Source: Octopus bimaculoides (Eukaryota). From it: a DNA stretch of 63,462 nucleotides. The translations under genes and the position numbers were made by a program. The notes under the pieces are model-generated. The model saw nothing but the letters and a program-made list of their open reading frames with translations, was not told the DNA's origin and did not search any database. Numbering within the stretch: position 1 is the stretch's first letter; each line of letters opens with the position of its first letter. Positions 54,478 through 63,462 of this stretch are shown here, one piece after another. The stretch covers positions 6,161,428-6,224,889 of the forward strand of contig NC_068995.1 of NCBI RefSeq assembly GCF_001194135.2. The letters run 5' to 3'.

Positions 54478-55192
54478 TGATAGATAGATAGATAGATAAA
54501 CAGGGAGACAGACAGAAAGACAGACTGACATATAGACAAACAACTGTACACAAAGATAGACATACATGCAGATGGCTAGATGGCTTAATTACAGTTGTAA
54601 TGGGCATTAAAAATGAAAATGAAACGAAAATATCTGCAGAACTTCAACAGTGTGTGGAATCGCCAGAGTGTGCGTCGAGTATTTGCTTAATTCAATACTT
54701 CTCTCAAATATCTAATTATATTTACATAATATCCTGGAAATATCAATTCGATATTTATGTAAATATATACACACAGAATGTTGTTGATATATCGAGTTTT
54801 CATTATATGTCGCCATGTGGACGTCCATACATACGTATATACATATACATACATATATGCATACATACATACATACATACACAAATACACACAAACTGAT
54901 ATATATATATTCATATATGAATGCATATATATATATATATGTATAGATACACAAGTATACATATACAGGCATACATATACATTCATAAGAATATATATGC
55001 ATACATTATGTTTGCAAATTCATATACACATTCATACATCATTTATAAGTACATTTACAAAATAAAAACATGGATACAAACATACACACACACATACACA
55101 CGCGCACGTGCACTGACACATCAGTTGCTGTTTTGCTGTACGTATATATATATATATATATATAGATATATAGATATATATATATATATACA

Positions 55193-55566
55193 TTCTTTTA
55201 TTCTTTTACTTGTTTCAATCGTTTCACTGCTGTCATGCTGGAGCACCGCCTTTAGTCGAACAAATCGACCCCGGACTTATTATTTTGTAAGCGTAGTACT
55301 AAATCTACCGCTCTGTTTGCCGAACTGCTCATTTACGGGTTCGAACACACACCAGCATCCGTTGTCAAGCGATGATGGGTGGGGGTACAAACAGGCACAC
55401 AAGCATGCACACACACATACATATNNNNNNNNNNNNNNNNNNNNNNNNNNNNNNNNNNNNNNNNNNNNNNNNNNNNNNNNNNNNNNNNNNNNNNNNNNNN
55501 NNNNNNNNNNNNNNNNNNNNNNNNNNNNNNNNNNNNNNNNNNNNNNTATATATATATATGTGCGTT

Positions 55567-55623
<57 letters not shown>

Positions 55624-55770
55624 TCAACGGGCTTCTTTTAGTTTCCGCCTACCAAATCCAGTCACAGGGTTTTGGTCAGCCCGGGGCTATAGTAGAAGAC
55701 ACTTGTGGGACTGAACCCGGAACTATGTGGTGTGTAATCAAGCTACTTACGTCACAGCTATTCCTGCGCC
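55193..55770 (-). mobile_element. Bipartite SINE, family B (tRNA-like head + internal microsatellite/gap + 3' body)
   Basis: Head at 55625-55770 (reverse complement includes GTTCCGGGTTCAGTCCC...AAGTGTCTTCTACTATAGCCCCGGGC). Body at 55193-55385 (reverse complement includes GACTAAAGGCGGTGCTCCAGCATG...AAACAAGTAAAAGA). Both parts are co-oriented around CA/TA repeats. Confidence 0.7.
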
Positions 55771-56874
55771 TATGCGTAGATGTAGGTGACATATGCATGT
55801 TGATTAAAGTTGTATACGTTCTCTTAAGGATCTACACTTAACTTTGCCATGTGCTCATACGTCTATATATATTTATATAAGTAAGCGCAGTGTATGTAGC
55901 CAAATAAACAGGCTGTTCACTTCGCAACAACGAGGTCCCGGTTTCAATCGCTCTGTACGTCATTTTGGGGCAAATGTTTTCTATTTCCTTGAGTCAACCA
56001 ATAATTTCTGAGCGCGCGCACATGGGTTGACAGCATCTGTACAGAAGTGCTTCATATACTCTTGTGTGCGGCATACCTGTACTTCAATAGTTACACTCTG
56101 TTGCACACACATATACACTGTTCTGCGCTGAATCTGCAGGATAGTTACGCTAAGTATCCACGTGTTTGTGGATACACGTTAATTCTGGAGGAAATATAGT
56201 GGATCCGCGAACGACGGGAGTTACAATCAATTGATATGCATGCGTGTATATTTACATTTCTAATAGTATACATGTGTATATTTGTATTTGTCTCGTATAT
56301 ATTTCTCTCACCGTAATTCATCTATCGCTCTCGTTGACCGCTGCTGAGACGAATTTTTGTCTTCCTGTGATATTTATCGATTCCAACATAGCACGCAAGT
56401 GAACATGTACAAGTTTAATCAACATGCATATGTCACCTACATATACGCACACATGTATGTGTGTGTTGAGGGGTGCGTGTGTATCTATGTATGATTTCTC
56501 TGGAATTTGAATTCTTCCAAATCATTGAGATCTTTGCTAAAAGATATACTTCGAAATATTCATGTAAATAACTATAACTAATATTAACCTATGGACGTTT
56601 CATATTTAATTATTCATGTTTGATCTTGACAGTGGATGAATCTGAAATGGAGAGCTCTGGCTAGAAGGGGCCGTATTGGATTTTTCACGAATATTAGACT
56701 AGCTTCTCTATCTTCCACTGGATTTAATACATGAAAAAGGTGTCAACGTGTATAAACGCCATGCTGATCCCTTTATCACCTGTTTAATAATGGTGAAATA
56801 TGTAATATAATTCTATGTAAACACCTGCACTAAGAACATAGACGCTGATGTCGATGAAATATAAACATATATAT

Positions 56875-56907
<33 letters not shown>

Positions 56908-56939
<32 letters not shown>

Positions 56940-57110
56940 GTTCAACGTCCGCTTTCCATGCTAGCATGGGTTGGACGATTTGACTGAGGACTGGTGAACC
57001 AGATGGCTACACCAGGCTCCAATCTGATTTGGAAAGGTTTCCACAGCTGGATGCCCTTCCTAACGCCAACCACTCCGAGAGTGTAGTTGGTGCTTTTACT
57101 TGCCACCGGC
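56908..57110 (-). mobile_element. SINE-like element with (GAT)n tail, family C
   Basis: Reverse complement contains GGTTGGCGTTAGGAAGGGCATCCAGCTG...CCAACCCATGCTAGCATGGAAAGCGGACGTTGAAC followed by (GAT)n. An RTE-type tail is inferred. Confidence 0.6.
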
Positions 57111-57202
57111 CATATGTATATATATATGTATATTTTTATATGTATATATATATATATTTATATATATATGTGTGTATGTATGTATGTATGTATGTATGTA
57201 TG

Positions 57203-57247
<45 letters not shown>

Positions 57248-57635
57248 CCAATGTGTTTAGACAGTGTGTTATTTTAATATATCCCCCTTCGGGCACATTT
57301 CAATTCTTGTTTTTCTTCCTCTTTCTGCCTTATATCATCTTTACTACATTCCCCCCTCTCTCTCTCTCTCTCTTTCTCTTTCCTCCTGTCTCCATTTTCG
57401 TCTCTCCGTTTCTGTCTCCTTAGTTCACCATAATGTCTCACGTAATGTTTCTCCCTCCTTCACTCATTGACCGTCATTTTACTCTCTTCCAATCTCTGGA
57501 TGTCTCTATTCCATTTCCCAATTATTCTTTCTCCTCTCCCCAACGTATCTCTCTCTTAATTTCACCAATTCTTATATCTTCTCCATCAACTTTCTTTCAC
57601 CCTGTCCGCTTCTTTTTTTTTTCTCTTATCAAACA

Positions 57636-57681
<46 letters not shown>

Positions 57682-58373
57682 AATATGCCTGTCTCTGACC
57701 AACTTTCTCGTTAATCCGCTTACACATCCATACACACAGAGGAATACACACATCACTTCCGCCGCCACCACCACCATCACCATCGCCAACACCACCACCA
57801 CCTCCACCACCACCATCATCACCGCCAGTAACTCATTATTTTCCTCGACCATTCTATCTCGTTTCCCAATTGCCATCATAACACCTATAACCAATCGATA
57901 CTCACTGATCAGCGGAAACATTTCATGACCATCTATGGACAATAAACACAACAACGACAACATCAACAACAATAGCAAGAATTACAATATCAATGTTAAT
58001 ATTATCAAAGGAAGGCTTTATATTCCGACATCAATTTACGATAGATCATAGCAAATTAAGATCTCTCTGATATGACACAGTTCGCCATCATAATAGTATT
58101 GTCCCTTTGAGAATTTAACATTCACTCGTCCTCTTCCCCTGACTCGAGCAATGTATTTATCATACTCTTTCACCTTTTCTTTATGTCTCCCTTTCTCTTT
58201 GTTTATATGTGTGTGTCTCTACAAACACACAACCACACACGCACATATATACACCCTAACATATATACATATATATAGATATACTTACACACTCACACAT
58301 ATATATATATATACATATACACACATGTACACATGCATATATTTGTTGTGTATATATATATAAACACATATAT

Positions 58374-58434
<61 letters not shown>

Positions 58435-59055
58435 NNNNNNNNNNNNNNNNNNNNNNNNNNNNNNNNNNNNNNNNNNNNNNNNNNNNNNNNNNNNNNNNNN
58501 NNNNNNNNNNNNNNNNNNNNNNNNNNNNNNNNNNNNNNNNNNNNNNNNNNNNNNNNNNNNNNNNNNNNNNNNNNNNNNNNNNNNNNNNNNNNNNNNNNNN
58601 NNNNNNNNNNNNNNNNNNNNNNNNNNNNNNNNNNNNNNNNNNNNNNNNNNNNNNNNNNNNNNNNNNNNNNNNNNNNNNNNNNNNNNNNNNNNNNNNNNNN
58701 NNNNNNNNNNNNNNNNNNNNNNNNNNNNNNNNNNNNNNNNNNNNNNNNNNNNNNNNNNNNNNNNNNNNNNNNNNNNNNNNNNNNNNNNNNNNNNNNNNNN
58801 NNNNNNNNNNNNNNNNNNNNNNNNNNNNNNNNNNNNNNNNNNNNNNNNNNNNNNNNNNNNNNNNNNNNNNNNNNNNNNNNNNNNNNNNNNNNNNNNNNNN
58901 NNNNNNNNNNNNNNNNNNNNNNNNNNNNNNNNNNNNNNNNNNNNNNNNNNNNNNNNNNNNNNNNNNNNNNNATATATATGAAACAATTCCATTTTGGCAC
59001 GGTTTCCCTCGACGCAGTGCAAACTGTAAATTATTGAGTGTAAATATTGGAAAAT

Positions 59056-59360
59056 CTGTTGTGTTCTTGAGCAAGATACTCTATTTCACGTTGCTCCAGT
59101 TCACTCATCTGTAGAAATGATTTGCGACATCACTGGTGCCAAGCGGAAAAACGAAAGCGGAAAACACCCAGATGTGTATATGCTTGATTATCGGTGTTGG
59201 TTTGTTTACTTCTACATAACTTATCGGTTTGGTAAAAGTGACCGATTAGCCTAAGTGCCAAACTTAAAAAATGAATACTGACGTCCATTTGTCCGAGTAA
59301 ATGTTTTTGAAGGTGTTGTCTTCGAATAGCCGCAGTCCGGTGACTGCAATAAACAAAAGA
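59056..59360 (+). mobile_element. CORE-domain SINE fragment joined to a family-B-type 3' body
   Basis: 59058-59119 GTTGTGTTCTTGAGCAAGATAC...CAGTTCACTCATCTGTAGAAATG resembles the CORE consensus (GTGACCTTGGGCAAG...CAGTTTCCTCATCTGTAAAATG, recalled). 59185-59360 is homologous to 7981-8168. Confidence 0.6.
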
Positions 59361-59375
59361 TAAACCCCCTACACG

Positions 59376-59414
59376 TAAGGGTTAGGGTTAGGGTTAGGGT
59401 TAGGGTTAGGGTTA
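59376..59414 (+). repeat. Interstitial telomere-type repeat (TTAGGG)5 plus variant/partial units
   Basis: TAAGGG, then five perfect TTAGGG units (59382-59411), then TTA. Confidence 0.9.
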
Positions 59415-60727
59415 TAAACCGACTAACAGGTTAGGTACGTCTGACTTCCTGAGGTGGTTTCTGCTTCCTCCCTACACGGTTTACCCAAAGCATTCATGTA
59501 CTTCTCCAGTCCATTTATTGATACATTCCTCGATAGATACTTCCTTAACTTTCACGGTTTCCAAGATAAGCTGGTCAATAATCCGATTTTAGTACTATCA
59601 GTTTCGCCTACAACCGTGATTAGTTGACCGAAGAGTGCCTGAACAGTTCAAGGGGATTACCGTTTTACTGAAAGAATTTGTGAAGCCTGTCTATTCTTTC
59701 ACCATTTAAGGATGGGAAGCTCCGAAATACCTCACACACTTAGATATGGATCTCTGTGTGTGAATATATGAGCGTATGTGATCTCAGAAAACATCTGCAA
59801 CGAAACAGCCACCAAACATATTAAATATATATAAGAAAGAACAAAGACCATATTAGAAAAAAAAGACAACAATTTATATATATATATATATATATCCCAC
59901 TCTACAGGGAGTTCTGAATCAGTTTTGAATACACGTGTGTGTCCATGCAAGCAGATAATCACATACACACGCACGCACTCCCTCAAGCATTCATATGTGT
60001 GTGTGTGTGTGTATGTATGTACGTATGTGTGTATGTAGGTATATCAGACCGACAGATTTTTGCTTAATTAGAGAACATGATGTTTATATATATATATATA
60101 TACATGCAAACACAGACGCTCACGCACCCCACCCCCACACACACATACACACAAACATAAACATTCGCATATGCATACAGACGTAGAGGGGAACTGCAGA
60201 CGCCCATCTATGCCCATACACACACACACATACATACACACACAAATCTCCCCCCCCCACACACACACACTCAGACTCACATATGTACAATCACGCATCT
60301 CTTTATTATTTGGGATCCGTTTCAAAACTGTTTAATAAATGTGCACTTAAACTAGTGTAAAAGAATCAATACATATGACTCCCACTGCGATGTAGTGCAA
60401 ATGTTCAGCATCTCTTAATTTCCTCACAAGACTCGTGTTTCACCTCTATTCATCTGATCAATTGATTGATTTCCAGTTTGTCTGTTTGTTGCTTTTCTTT
60501 TCACTCCACCCTTTAAGGAATATTTTCTTTTCCATAGCTTTTATTGTTTTTATTCTATTCATTTATATATCTATTCCTTCCCCCATCTTCCTCCGCCCTT
60601 CCCCGTCTCTGTTAGTCCCTTTTCTTTTCGCCATTTCTATCTCCCAATATTCGCTTTTATCTAGGAATATCTGCTGAATACTGCTTTGTACTGAATTCCT
60701 AGTGCTTCAGACCATTGAGTGCACACG

Positions 60728-60769
<42 letters not shown>

Positions 60770-61489
60770 CACACACACACACACACTAAGACCCACACGC
60801 GCATACACATATATCCTCGTGCGTCAATGTATGTACATGTATACATACACAAATGTTATATATGTGCATGTATACATTTTATAAACGTATAAATATAAAT
60901 ACGCATATGTGTATATATTCATATATAAATGCGAGTTTATAAATGTGTATATGTATATATTCGTATATTCATGAGGGTGCGTAAATATATATATACGCTG
61001 AGGACTTACCTCCCTTTGTCAGTCATTTAAGAGAGTGCGTCTGTGGTTTTGATTTAGCTAAACTCTTATATTTAGTAACAGCGGTGCAAGTCTATACCCC
61101 CTGTTACTTTTGTGGCCTTTATTAGATGGTCTTTACGTTCTAATTGCTATTAAGCCAAACTTTGTAATTTGGTACATATATATATATATATANNNNNNNN
61201 NNNNNNNNNNNNNNNNNNNNNNNNNNNNNNNNNNNNNNNNNNNNNNNNNNNNNNNNNNNNNNNNNNNNNNNNNNNNNNNNNNCACATCTTGTGTCTAGCA
61301 TTGGTTGTCCACGTTGGTGGTCGACGTTATTTTTTAAAATGTACCTTAATCCCCTGAGATTGCAGATAATATTTCTGAATCTCTTTGATTCTTTAAATGT
61401 GCTGGCCCCCTGATAATTAGTCGATATTAATTAATATATTAATATATGACTAATTACCAGATCTTCTATATACACATGTTGAAGTATTC

Positions 61490-61595
61490 AGCACATGATC
61501 GTAACGTCATGATTTCAATTCCAGGCGATGCGTTGTGTCCTTGCGTAAGATACATTATTTCACGTTGCTCTAGTTCAATAGGCTGGCAAAAATGA
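61490..61595 (+). mobile_element. CORE-domain SINE 5' fragment
   Basis: B-box-like GATTTCAATTCC followed by GTTGTGTCCTTGCGTAAGATACATTATTTCACGTTGCTCTAGTTCA, homologous to 59058-59119. Confidence 0.55.
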
Positions 61596-61597
61596 CC

Positions 61598-61657
61598 GAA
61601 CCCGGATCCATGTGGAATCGGAAGCAAGCTTCATATCACACAGCCTCTCCTGTGCCT
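61598..61657 (-). mobile_element. SINE family B head fragment
   Basis: GAACCCGGATCCATGTGG...AAGCAAGCTTCATATCACACAGCC. Confidence 0.55.
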
Positions 61658-62638
61658 ATAACGTCTTACCACACATCGAGACTTGCACCTATATATATAT
61701 ACAGGGGGGTGTAGACACGAGTTTAGCAATTATACCTCTATGCGACAAATGTGAATATATAACGTTTCTATATACACCATTGAAAACACCTGAACTACTT
61801 AAACTATGAGAAGTAATATACTATGCGAATAACAGATTTAATTACACCAGCTAAGCTGTGCCACCACCAGCACCACCACTTGAAATATAACCTGAGGCAA
61901 TAAAACACTAAAAAAATACAGAGCGATAAAGAGTTTTACTAAATGTTCTTGAACAATGAAATTAAATAATGAAGTTCATAAGAATATGAAAGATATATTA
62001 AAAGATGAAGAACTAAAATATTAAGCAAAAAAGCGCTGAAATTCTTAGACAATAAAACTAAAATGCCGAAATTATAAACAAATATGTGAATATCAAAGGA
62101 TAAAATGAAGGCAGATATGACAAACAATTTGGAGAAGAAAAAAAAATCGTTATGAAACAGCAAAAACGAAATGTTTACTGCCTGCCTACACTAGCAGAAA
62201 GTTTATTTTCAAGTCAGCACTGACTGACTTCCAGCTTTCAGAGCCCCAATTAATATGATCAGCCAATTTGGCAAAGTATCGCAACAGACTACATCGGAGA
62301 AGGCCAATAGATAAAGAACAAAGAAAAAAAAAATAATAATAATTTGTACTTTATGCTGAGAAGCCATACTCGCATATAGCAATATGTGCCTTCATGAATA
62401 TATATATATATATACACACACACATTAAGTGTGTCTGTGTGTTTGTGTGTAAAAGCAAACAAGGCTACAAACTCACAATGTATCGGAACGTTTAGAATCA
62501 TATTTCGCAAAGTCGTCATCGTATTAGTAGCTATTATTGTAGTTTTTGTTATTCGTTTTCTCCCTCCTTGTCCCTTCACTTATATTATTTTTTTCTGTCG
62601 TTTATGTACGTATGCATGTATATATGTATATACATATA

Positions 62639-62687
<49 letters not shown>

Positions 62688-63261
62688 GTATATAAATATA
62701 TATGTGTGTGTGTGTGTATGTGTAGATGTATGTATTTTTTTTTAATTTGATATGTTTCTTTTATATTTCTGACATGGATATTCTTGTTTTTTTTCAGCGT
62801 ATTTGTTCTTGTTTTTTTATTTTATTTTATTTATTTTTCCTTTGTTTTTGCTTTTTGTACTTTTACAATTTTTTGCAATTGTCGCAGTTATCATTTTTGC
62901 AGCTCTTGTTGTTGTTGTTATTGTCTAGTGGTGGGCGGATGGGCGCGGTTCGGGTGGTCGGAGACGGGTTTTTATTGATGCCTTCATTTATATATGTATT
63001 TATTGACATTTTTTTTCCTCGCATTTTTGATCTAGCTCTTTAGCTCTTTAACTTCACTTACCTCCTTATCTCAAGCATAAACACATACATTTATACACAT
63101 ACACAGACATACACACCAAATATATACACATGCACACGCATATACACACACACAAATTCACATATATACAGATATTCAACCACACGTCTAATGATCTTTC
63201 ATTTTTTTTAAGTTGCTCTCATTTTTCATTTCAATTTATATTTCTCCTATTTCTATTTTTA

Positions 63262-63333
<72 letters not shown>

Positions 63334-63462
63334 CAGTATTTGTTTCGCGGTGGAGGGGTGGTTCCAGTTTCCGGCTCATATACTACTCATGCAATTTTCT
63401 GAATATGCAGTTTCATATGCAATACAACCGTGGAATTCTCTTCGATTCTTTTGCAGCACTTT

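Overview
AT-rich eukaryotic non-coding DNA (intergenic or deep intronic), most likely from an octopus-type cephalopod draft assembly. This is inferred from recurrent tRNA-derived SINE families, extreme microsatellite density and about 24 N-gaps, nearly all abutting dinucleotide repeats. No protein-coding gene can be called with confidence: the ORF track is dominated by microsatellite and N-run translations. Supportable content is a layer of decayed transposons (SINEs including a CORE-domain copy; mariner, hAT and Tigger-like MITEs; a mariner transposase relic; Tx1/L1-like and RTE/CR1-like LINE relics; Penelope-like RT/GIY-YIG relics), three large inverted repeats, a short TTAGGG tract and a few low-confidence candidate exons. 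The most interesting signal is a small repeat family inserted in (TA)n that carries a minimal type I hammerhead-ribozyme fold with a C-C-G-A-N-G-A variant core and a palindromic stem III. One copy is structurally complete (28572-28613, minus strand) and two damaged copies form an inverted pair (5472-5574). Penelope-like relics occur in the same window.
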